DNA from: Mytilus californianus
Taxonomy: Eukaryota
DNA length: 64,000 nucleotides
Direction of reading: 5' to 3'
Assembly: GCF_021869535.1 (NCBI RefSeq)
Contig: NW_026262712.1
Span: 94,488,001 to 94,552,000, forward strand
Shown: positions 37,072 through 47,446 of the stretch, one piece after another
Layout: every line of letters begins with the position of its first letter
Position numbering within the stretch: the first letter of the stretch is position 1
Position numbers and translations under genes: made by a program
Notes under the pieces: generated by a model
Database searches by the model: none
What the model was told of the DNA's origin: nothing
What the model saw: the letters and a program-made list of their open reading frames with translations, nothing else

Positions 37072-37656
37072 TGTGGCAGACGGGATTATTATATAATTGT
37101 TATTTTCCTTGTTTAAAACTATGAATTTCATATTTCTTTATTTAATAATTTACATGATGCTTTTCAGTACATATTTGTTAAATTGAATAGCTATTGCTAT
37201 TTTGAATTCATTGGTTAAAGATATTTATTTATATTCTAAAATTTAGTATTTGCATCGTCGCAAAACATTTATTACCTTCTTCGGAACTTATATATTTTAT
37301 ATGACTGATTTGAAATTATTATGTTGAATTGTCTGAGCACTGACGTTCAGTCCAACCTAGGAAAGCCGTGCTTTCCAATCACACTTTAATGTTAGTGCAT
37401 CTGCCATATGCTTTCTTAATACGGGTAAATATTGAAGTAATTGAATGCTCCATTTCTCTACTTTTGGGTTACATAATAAAAGTTGTATTTGTTGATTAAA
37501 TTATATATTGTTTTTACTGATTTTGGTTTTCATTTACATACATATTTAAATAGCGCTTTTACATTTGGCATCCATCGTCTCCGTTAAATCAGTTCACAAA
37601 CTAGAACAAGCTGTGGTCCGCATCCCCGAATCTCCAGCAGAATTGCTCCTGCTACA
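37072..37656 (+). repeat. LTR3, 585 bp
   Basis: Near-identical to LTR2; PPT before, PBS after. Confidence 0.93.
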
Positions 37657-37891
37657 TTTTGGTCCCGCGAGGCGGATGTGGAATTTTAAAGCAACTTTTC
37701 TGGTGTGTAACTGAACTAAAATTATTTTGGGGAAAATTTATAAGAAATGGAGCAGACATTTGAGTCAGTACTTGTTGTAATTGGATATGACAGTCCTAAG
37801 CAGACCAGTTTTGAAGAGTTGGGCCGATAGTTACTCTTGGGGTATTTTATTTTCATAGTTTGGTTCATTTTGTAAATATATATTATTTAGT

Positions 37892-38635
37892 TATGATTAG
37901 GTTTGAAGAAAAACCTTCTTTTTTTTATGGTGTCAGCATTGATATCACCGATTACTTTGTTCATTTTGAGACAGTTTCTCTTCGGAATCAGTGGAATGAA
38001 TGTGAGATGGCATTTCAGTTAATAATGAATTTGAGAGGTGATGCTCAAACTATTTTACGTTTCTTAAAAGGCCTCAGTTGTATGATTATGACTGCTTGAA
38101 AAATTTACTCATTTAGAGGTTCAATTCTAAGGAGAGGGTGACATATTTTAAATTTCAACTGCGAGTTTGTAGATTGAAGGAAAATGAAACAATTTCTGAA
38201 TTTGGTCAGCGTTTTAAGATACTAGCTCATAAGGCTTATCCTGATAATTTTTCAGATTTAGATGTGTATTTTACTGACTTATTTACATCATGTTTGAATA
38301 TTGAGATGGCTAAATTTGTCACCTTTATGCACCCTAATAGTTTAGATGAGGCTTTAACATTAGCTATTGAATATGAAGCTTTTCATTTTACTGGTGATCC
38401 AGAGACTATTGGTGAGTCAGAAAGTTCAGCTTGTTGTAATACTGTTCATAACAGTTTTGAAACTTTAATTAATATATTGAGGAGGCGATTGAAATCACGA
38501 AGGAAACATAAACCTAAGAAGTGTTTTAAATGTCATCAATCAGGTCATGTCAGGTCTAAGTGTCCAAATGTGTCTTTCAGAGTTCATGCTAGAGATGAAA
38601 GGTCTGCAGATGGACAAGTGAAATTCCAAAAATAG
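37892..38635 (+). pseudogene. Gypsy gag remnant, copy 3
   Basis: ORFs 37860..38099 and 38138..38635. Confidence 0.85.
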
Positions 38636-39774
38636 AAAGGATATTAAAGAACGATTTGATTCCCAATTATTGTAGTTCAGGTTGTGTTACCTTTGTTTGA
38701 TGTTTGTTTTTACATTGTGTTGTATACATATAGTTTTACTTTAGGTTTATTTCAATGTATTCAGAGATGTTACACTTTTCAGTTTTGGCTGTTTGGTTTT
38801 CTTTTTCAAGGGAGGGATGCCGTGCATCTCATCTTGTTATATTTTTCATTTGTATTAGTTGAATTATGACTGTTCTTCTGTGTGAAGTTTGAAGTGTAGA
38901 CCGTTAGCTAGTTTAAGTAGGAATTGGTTTGTTTTATGAGTTGTTGCTCGTTTGTCTGGATTGTAATCTCTAGCTAAATATTTAATATTTAGAGAGTTTA
39001 TGGAATTCTGACTTCTTTACTTTTGTTAGTCATGGCAGAAACTAATAGAATGAAAGATAAGCTTCAAGTTAGGAACACTTCTAGCTCATACAGATGGATC
39101 TTATCCATTATTTAGAACCTTGCACAAAATTTGGGCATCACCCATTTTATTTTGAGACCCTTGCACATAGATGGACCCGATCCATCTCCGGGGGTACACC
39201 ATTTGTGCTACCGTAATCAACAACGTTGGAGTGCAGTAATAGAATCCGGTTGTACACGTCATATGTGCCACTGTAAGATCAACATTGGTGGACATTGCAT
39301 GGTACAACTTTTCATGGATTTCAACATTATATGTGCCGTTACAATATAGGCCGTACCACTGATTCTGAAGCCTACTTACCAAGAAGACCTAAAGTCGCGT
39401 CCGTTATCCTTTGAACCTGATGCCGATGTGTGTTTGTGTATGCGTTAAACAGTGACATTTATTTAAAAGTGATATGTTACATATGTTTGAAAGACTTTTA
39501 ATCTGATGAACGTTGATGGACTTTCGTTAAATCTAATTGTCATGTTATTTCATATACATTTGTTTTCGTAATGTAGGAGGAGTGTAGCAGATTGGTGTTG
39601 TGATCTCCCTTGAACAGTCTCATTAATTAACTTTAACTGACGTATATTTGATTTAATATTTAATCATGACATTTGCAGTTTGCGTATTCATTGGTACAGA
39701 TACATAAATTTGATAGACATTTAAGTTTGCAGACTTTATTTATGAAATTTATCGTTTGTCTTAGGGGGGAGGAA

Positions 39775-40359
39775 TGTGGCAGACGGGATTATTATATAAT
39801 TGTTATTTTCCTTGTTTAAAACTATGAATTTCATATTTCTTTATTTAATAATTTACATGATGCTTTTCAGTACATATTTGTTAAATTGAATAGCTATTGC
39901 TATTTTGAATTCATTGGTTAAAGATATCTATTTATATTCTAAAATTTAGTATTTGCATCGTCGCAAAACATTTATTACCTTCTTCGGAACTTATATATTT
40001 TATATGACTGATTTGAAATAATTATGTTGAATTGTCTGAGCACTGACGTTCAGTCCAACCTAGGAAAGCCGTGCTTTCCAATCACACTTTAATGTTAGTG
40101 CATCTGCCATATGCTTTCTTAATACGGGTAAATATTGAAGTAATTGAATGCTCCATTTCTCTACTTTTGGGTTACATAATAAAAGTTGTATTTGTTGATT
40201 AAATTATATATTGTTTTTACTGATTTTGGTTTTCATTTACATACATATTTAAATAGCGCTTTTACATTTGGCATCCATCGTCTCCGTTAAATCAGTTCAC
40301 AAACTAGAACAAGCTGTGGTCCGCATCCCCGAATATCCAGCAGAATTGCTTCTGGTAGA
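39775..40359 (+). repeat. LTR4, 585 bp, degenerate 3' end
   Basis: Ends GCTTCTGGTAGA instead of GCTCCTGCTACA; followed by ATTT TSD and no PBS. Confidence 0.9.
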
Positions 40360-40797
40360 ATTTATTTTATTTAACCCATGACCTCCCGATAAATGTTAAG
40401 TATCCGGGGATAGAAATACACTATCAGACCTCCTCCCTAATCCTATCAAAACGTGTCCATCTTCGTGTTGTTTAGCTAAAGAATGTATGAATTTCAAACG
40501 TCAGTATAATTCTTCAACTTAATATATTAATCATCATCCTGCTAGATTTTAGGGAGTGCAGGTTTGTCATGGAAAGGTAAATTCAAGCTTTACTGCTTTG
40601 TCATCAATGCAACACCTCCAGTTTAAAGTCTTCTTTCAGTTACAGCACCTAGACTTCAGTGTGAATGTAAAATATGTATCTTTGGTAACCCAGCTTGCTA
40701 GAGCAACCATAAAATCAGTATAACCTATCAAGTGGGAGGAGCAAAGTGTTATTCAATTGTCCAATAAAACATTCATAGTAATAGTGTGTTTTATATA

Positions 40798-41275
40798 TGT
40801 TGTGTACAAATTGTAATAATGTACGAATTATAATTTGTACAGATTTTTTGTACAAGTTATCAGTGTTTTATGAACCGCTTAACACAAATGGATGATGCAA
40901 GCACACAGTCTTTTGTTCTGCATATTTCTGTCATATTTCCATGACTACATGATACAGTCCAATACTGAGCATTGATACAAAAACATCATTAGAACACAAA
41001 AAGACTTTTTATGGATATGATTTTGGTATTAGGCGAAAAATAAAATAAAAATTTAAACCATTCAGGTACCCTTATTTCCAGTTTGAGGACATGGAGAATA
41101 GTACTAAATGTTAGATTGAAGTATATAAATTTGAATTTAAGACATTAAACTGATACACTTTAGAAGATAAACTTTTATCACCTGGTGCAAAAAGGTATGT
41201 GTCAAAAAACTTATAACTTGTACAAGAACCCTGTACAAATTATAATTTGTACAAACTTACATCTTGTACACAACA
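40798..41275. mobile_element. MITE-like element in a TA run
   Basis: TIR TGTTGTGTACAA / TTGTACACAACA flanked by TATATA; subterminal AATTATAATTTGTACA at both ends. Confidence 0.6.
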
Positions 41276-41524
41276 TATATATATGTGTATGTTTTATGCA
41301 AAGCTTTACATAGCATTATGTCAAACTGTGCAAATTAAATTTCCTTTCTAATAGAATTCATCGAATACAAAATAAAAAGGAACAGGCTTTTAGAACTTTT
41401 TACGCTGTGGATAGGCAGTTTGGAATTTGTTAATATATTCCCCACATATAATATCAGATTATTACAGGACATTTTCCATATCAGATGTATTTCGGCCCTT
41501 GGGTTGATATTGACCGAGGGCTGA

Positions 41525-41880
41525 CAGTGGCGTAGCTTGCATGTATGCTCAAGCATCCACATCATTTTGACGAAAAACAAATATGTGTTCGCAGCAGTTA
41601 AACTTTAACTGCTTGAAACTCGGAGGTATAAAAATTTAACAAGGGTCATGATATGAGGATACAGTCCAATCTTTTTCGAAGCAGTATACGTGGTCTTTCA
41701 TTTAGGATAATTTAGTTTTTGTAAACAAGTTGGATAAATCGCAGAAAAGTGTTCTCGACTTTTTTCGTAAAAAGTCTACGTCATCGGCTACGGCAAGCGC
41801 AAAGGATGATAATACGCAGACCCGCGGGCATGTTTCATCTGAAATTGAGCCTAGCGGAGCCATTGCTTCTACATCTGACT
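41525..41880 (+). mobile_element. Possible 5' remnant of a hAT transposon
   Basis: CAGTGGCGTAGC terminus typical of some hAT TIRs; short frame DKSQKSVLDFFRKK resembles transposase N-termini; no matching 3' TIR or TSD found. Confidence 0.35.
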
Positions 41881-43797
41881 AGCAACGTTACTAACAACTA
41901 AACCACCATATCCCGATATCGTTTCCTGTGACATGCAAGACGACGTGATAAATATCAATTTGTAATAGAGTGTGATCATTCTTAGTCTTATAAATTCCTG
42001 TTTCTATCTAGGTACAAATATTAATTTTATTTTCACTGATAAAAGAACAAAGTTCCAATGTCCCCCGCATTGCTCATATACTATCTATCCAAGGAACAAG
42101 GGCAATAACTAAAAAAAACATTTTTTTCCTTTTAATTTTATTTCTAATATCTTAAGAGAAATAAAAGCTTCAGAGCAAATGCAATTGGATTTCCATTATA
42201 ATTTATATTTCAAAGGGTCATGAAAATATTTGATGACTTATTTTCGAAAGTGTCAAAGACATTGCTGATGATATAAGTTTCATAAAAATCTTACAAGAAT
42301 TGAGAGTGCTAACAAGACCGGACGGACATCCGGTATTTCCATGTCTCCTGCAACTCGTTAAGCCAAGTAATCAAAAATTAAAATCTCCATGGGGAGACTC
42401 AAATTCCTGGAAAGGGGGGTCAGTTCAGTTCCTGTATTCCGAAGTTCCATATACAGAAGTGCCACTGTAATGGGTCAGTTTTTGAGATGTCAAATATAAG
42501 ATTAGGTTGGAAACTTTTACATCAAATATTTATGAATAATTAAATGATGGTAGTTTCGAGAAAACAATAAAATACAGTTGGAAATATAATAATATGAATT
42601 GGTGGGTATTTTGAAATTAAACAAAAATCTAACCAGTATCGGATTCTGGTGGAGTACAAGTGCTTACAGGAAAAATGTCTGAAAAAATTTAATTTTCTGT
42701 AAACAAAGGAGAAAAATAAGTTTAATATATTGATCCTTTCAAGTGGTTCTCAAGTAGAAGTTCAAAAAGTGAAAAGCTTACGGACGACGGACGACAAATA
42801 TAATACATCTGATATGAAATCTTTCTATCATATGCCTCATCAGAGGAGAAAAACAAAAGTACAAAATATTTTCATATTGACGATAAAAAAAAACCAACAA
42901 AACATAATAAACACTGTTTGGAAAAGTCAACTTTTTTAAAGTAACTTAAAATTATGCTGGAAACTTTGAAAAATGCATTTATTGTATCATTTGTTTTGCA
43001 TTTTACATAATATATTTTCCTGTCTCCTAATAATTGTTTTGTACACTGAAAACGTACCATTGAGGTGTATTTTCCGGAATTTACCGATTAACGTCGGAAT
43101 GTCATGCGATAACGTTACGGAAAGGCATGCGATAATAGCCGGAAGCAGTTTATAATTTTTCATATCAGCCCGCTAAGTACCATTTCGGAACATATGGAAT
43201 TAACGTTAATTTAATGCTATTACCATACTGTAAACAATATAAGTTATTTTCTCTAAGTATATGATAAACATTTTTATTTGTTCTGTGTGTCTGTCCGTCA
43301 TATATGTATAATTCTTATATGATTTGCATATTAGGGAATACGTTAATATGATTGGTCGAGAAGGCTTCCGGTAGTGGATCTTGACGTTGTTTATTTTTCG
43401 ATAGACGACGTTGACAGAATTACTTTTTGTAACCAATGTAAACAAGATGGCGGCGAAAATAACTCAAACCGGTTCAACGTTAAAAATATTTATTTAAAAA
43501 ATAAACTAAAAGAATATCTTATTTTCTTTCAAATAAATGTTTTGTGTTTATAATTTAATTTGACGATGAACACGAAGTGAAAATAAATTATAAACACAAA
43601 ACATTTATTTGAAAGAAAATAAGATATTCTTTTAGTTTATTTTTTCAGATAGCAAATTTCATGGAGTATATTTTTTGGCGTTAACCAAAGAAATTATTCA
43701 TGCGCCAGGTCAAATCAATGCCACGAATTTACAATTTACGTTTAATAGAGGTAACGAGCGGAGAAATCAAATTCCTTATCTATATATTCAAAGAATT

Positions 43798-43959
43798 ATA
43801 AGGATTAAACGCATTTTTAAAAGAATTTATTGGTGTATAAACTGGACCAAGTCACTCACAAACATATCATAAATGTCCTTCGGACTTTATTTGTTTGTTA
43901 GTGAATTGGTCGAGTTTATACACCAATAAATTCCTTTAAAAAGTAGTTTAATCCTATAA
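43798..43959. repeat. Foldback palindrome, ~160 bp
   Basis: AAAAGAATTTATTGGTGTATAAACTGGACCAAGTCACT pairs with AGTGAATTGGTCGAGTTTATACACCAATAAATTCCTTT. Confidence 0.75.
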
Positions 43960-44112
43960 TAATTTAGTTGAATTAAATCTTTTAAATTCACATAGTGAAG
44001 AAACAAAGAAAAACTGCTTAAAGCCATCCATTGTTGTGAACCTGTTATCTAATAGTAAAAGAAAAAAAAAGAAAAGTCTCCAATAACAAAAGTTTAAAAA
44101 ACATTATTACAA

Positions 44113-44600
44113 ATATGGTTGACCTATTGCTAGATGGTAATTGAAAAACAGACTGAAACACAAAAACTTAACCAATGAACCATGAAAATGAGGTAAAGGT
44201 CAGATGATACCGGCTAGACCGATATGTACACCTTACAATCATTCCATGCACCAACTATAGTTGACCTATTGCTTATAGTACTTGAAAAAAAAACACAGAC
44301 CAAAACACAAAAACTTAACATTGACCAGTGAACCATGAAAATGAAGTCAAGGTCAGATGATACTTGCCAGACCGACTTGTACCTCTTACAATCATTCGAT
44401 GTACACCATATAGTTAACCTACTGCTTATAGTATCTGAGAAATGGATATAATCACGTAACTTTAACCTTGATCACTGATGCATGAAATGAGGTCGAGGTC
44501 AGGTAAACCCTGTCTGATTGACATGTAGACTTTGGAAGGAACCCATATACCAAATATAGTTATCTTATTACTCATAGTAAGTGAGAAATTCACATAACAA
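44113..44600. repeat. ~150-bp tandem core repeats (about 3 units), Helentron-associated type
   Basis: Repeated TTGACCTATTGC..AACACAAAAACTTAAC..GAACCATGAAAATGAGGTCAAGGTCAGATGA. Confidence 0.65.
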
Positions 44601-44626
44601 AAAAATGTAATTTTTTATCAAGCAGT

Positions 44627-44803
44627 AAAACCAGGTTTTAATCCACCATTTTCTACATAAGAAAAATGCCTGTACCAAGTCAGGAATATGACAGTTGTTA
44701 TCCATTCGTTTGATGTGTTTGTTTTTTTGATTTTGCCATTTGATTGGGGACTTTCCTTTTTGAATTTTCCTCGGAGTTCAGTATTTTTGTGATTTTACTT
44801 TTC
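44627..44803 (+). mobile_element. Family B SINE-like repeat
   Basis: Near-identical to 17820-17992. Confidence 0.8.
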
Positions 44804-45445
44804 ACTGAACCATAAAATGAGTTCAAGGACAATTGACATATGACAGACGAAAACTTCGTAACATAAGGTATCTGCATATAAGGTATGAAGCATCCAGGTC
44901 TTCTTCCTTCTGAAATATAAAGCTTTATACTAATAGTTTAGGCGGCAGCAGGATAGTAATACCTATGCTTCGCATACTGCGACGAAAGACAAAATCCGGA
45001 TCAAAGACTAAAAAGGCCAGGTTCTGCAGTAAGTTACTTTAACTGCAATGAAACTAGCATTTGAATTAAAAAAAAATAGTATTGGAACATAAAATTGGAA
45101 AACAGGAAGTATATATTAAAACAACTTTATAATGGAAGGTGCATAACCTCAATAGGTTTGAAAACTTTCTGTAAAGTTTCAGGTCTGCGTTAAAATATGT
45201 AGCAGTAGATTACACAATTCTAATACCATTTGATACCTTATCCTTTATGTAAAAATAGTTAATATTTATGTAACGTCTTACCACTCTATCTTCTTTTTTG
45301 TAAATCCTTTACCTACACACTAAAGTCGGGGTTGTTTAAAATGGTTAGTAGTTTCAAATTGGTGGCATTAATATATGCATCTTTTATGAAGAACTGAAAT
45401 TCTGTATTGGAATAGTAGCATTATTTTTTAGTATCGGGTTTGTAC

Positions 45446-45645
45446 TAACATGAGCAACATGACTGGTGCCACATATGGAGCAGGATCTGCATACCCTTCC
45501 GGAGCACCTGAGATCACCCCATGTTTTTGTCGGTGGGGTTCGTGTTGCTTTTGTTTGTTTGTCTTTTTCTTTTTTAGCCATGGCGTTGTCAGTTTATTTT
45601 TGACATATGAGTTTGAATGTCCCTTTGGTATCTTTCGCCTTTCTT
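45446..45645 (+). mobile_element. Family A SINE-like repeat
   Basis: GGTGCCACATATGGAGCAGGATCTGCATACCCTTCCGGAGCACCTGAGATC...GGTATCTTTCGCC. Confidence 0.8.
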
Positions 45646-46204
45646 TTGTGAATGAAAGGCTCAACATTCGGCATATCAGTCCCGTGCAATACCTAGACTA
45701 GACCTCACAATTGTGGGTATTGGACTGGACTGGTATTAGTCTGGTCTTTAATTTGTACTGTGTGTGTCCGATTGTGATATTGTGACCGAGTATGAATTTT
45801 GCATGGACGATGATGCACGCATGACAGGAGACCCGTACCCTGTCTCGTTCTTTTAGGGGTTCATGAGATTCCCTCATTTTGTGTTTGATACCTTGGTGTG
45901 TCACTTCCTTATTGATGTACAAGATTTAAACATCGTAAAACTACTGTCTCCTTAATTTAGGGTTACATCGGGACTAATTTGAAAATGGTGTGAACATCTA
46001 CATTCATCTCATTTATAATGATTTTACAAATTTCGAGCAAATCAAAAGAAATCCTTTTTCTTTTTTATTCTCTTGATTTTTCATATGTTTGCATATTGCT
46101 ATTTGTGTTTGATTAATTAATGGGATTACATAAGTCTCCATTGCCGCCATTGTTTGGCATATAAAATGTTCATTTGTTAATTCAAACAATTATTCTGTGT
46201 AAAT

Positions 46205-47446
46205 TTAAATAGTTTTCGTTATAATCATGAAGAATAACAATACACTGACTGAGAGTACAACAAACGAAGTCCTTAGAAGAATTGTATCAAGTGCTTTACA
46301 TATATCACGCCACGAAATATCTTGCTTATTATTATCAATCAAACCTTCACACGCGTTCAAATCTGAATTATGAACATTTGATTTGTTATTCTGCACTTCA
46401 ACCCAATTTTCTCTCTTTTTCAAGTTATTCCGTCTACAGCACAGTACTATCCACTTTAGATAACTTGGTATTGGGTGATTCTTATTTCTAAACTGAAGTC
46501 GAAGACAAATCATTGTACTTAAGCATGTCAAAGAACTGAAGACGAGGTCAAATATAAGGAAATAGCCAAGCAAAGACATCGGTTCAGATGTTTTCGGTAG
46601 GTGATTTCCGATCAGAGTCAAAAACACAGATATCGCCAATAATACCGTGATAGCGTATGAAACTCTTTCTCCGGAGTCTGGTGGTAACAGAAATACGCAT
46701 GAATTCAAAGCCATTAAAAATATAACAGGAAGGACAACGTTGATGACATAAAACCCTGGACGTCTCTTCATTGACACTGACATATCAATTAATGACAAAC
46801 CAGTAACTTCGTCTACTCTGTCATTGAAAGCCGTTGACGTTATCCGCCAGGTTCCGTGTTCCGAAAAATAATTCAGTTCGATGCCATTAAATGACTGCAA
46901 TAAAATTTCATTTGATAAAGTTCCCCATGCCATCAAACGTATTGTACAAATCTGTTCGTCAAACGGAAAGTAAGTAATATCCACACTACATGAACTAATT
47001 AAAATTTCTCCTGGTGTCCAGTATGCAAGTCCGTTGCTGAAATATCTTACTGTCATAAAGTCTTTTCCAATCTGATCGATTTTACAAAACGGATTTGTAA
47101 TAACTAGTGTTGGTTTCCATACATCATCCTGTAAAAACGTTAAGGTATGTGTATTGTTATAGTCTAAAGTGTTCCAAGTCATTCTTGAATCATGCCACGT
47201 AATTCTAAAAAATCCAATGACTGCGAATTTTCCGTTTACTTCGTCGAATTCCTGAATGGCACCCAAATTAAAAGATACATTAACACGTGTAGCCAATGAC
47301 TGGTCATCTCCTGGTCTTATTTTTTTATTGTAGTCCATGAATAGTTTTGAATAAAGTCTGTCAACATCAGATAGTCTAGAACCAAAGATAAATGTTCCAC
47401 TGTTGAGCATGAGAAGTTGTAATATGAGAAAGCTATTCCACTCCAT
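46205..47446 (-). CDS. Intronless nAChR-like subunit, divergent paralog (copy 5), 413 aa
   Basis: Identical Cys-loop CSVDITYFPFDEQIC, TM2 GERVSYAITVLLAISVFLTLIGNHLP; divergent signal peptide, loops F/C and M3-M4 loop. Confidence 0.95.
   Translation of the reverse strand: MEWNSFLILQLLMLNSGTFIFGSRLSDVDRLYSKLFMDYNKKIRPGDDQSLATRVNVSFNLGAIQEFDEVNGKFAVIGFFRITWHDSRMTWNTLDYNNTHTLTFLQDDVWKPTLVITNPFCKIDQIGKDFMTVRYFSNGLAYWTPGEILISSCSVDITYFPFDEQICTIRLMAWGTLSNEILLQSFNGIELNYFSEHGTWRITSTAFNDRVDEVTGLSLIDMSVSMKRRPGFYVINVVLPVIFLMALNSCVFLLPPDSGERVSYAITVLLAISVFLTLIGNHLPKTSEPMSLLGYFLIFDLVFSSLTCLSTMICLRLQFRNKNHPIPSYLKWIVLCCRRNNLKKRENWVEVQNNKSNVHNSDLNACEGLIDNNKQDISWRDICKALDTILLRTSFVVLSVSVLLFFMIITKTI

Larger units (their letters stand above)
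31059..40359 (+). mobile_element. Tandem array of a non-autonomous gag-only Gypsy-type LTR element (4 LTRs, 3 internal regions, period ~2702 bp)
   Basis: LTRs TGTGGCAG...CTGCTACA at 31059-32252, 34370-34954, 37072-37656 and 39775-40359. PBS and PPT present; ATTT TSD at 31055-58 and 40360-63; no pol. Confidence 0.93.
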
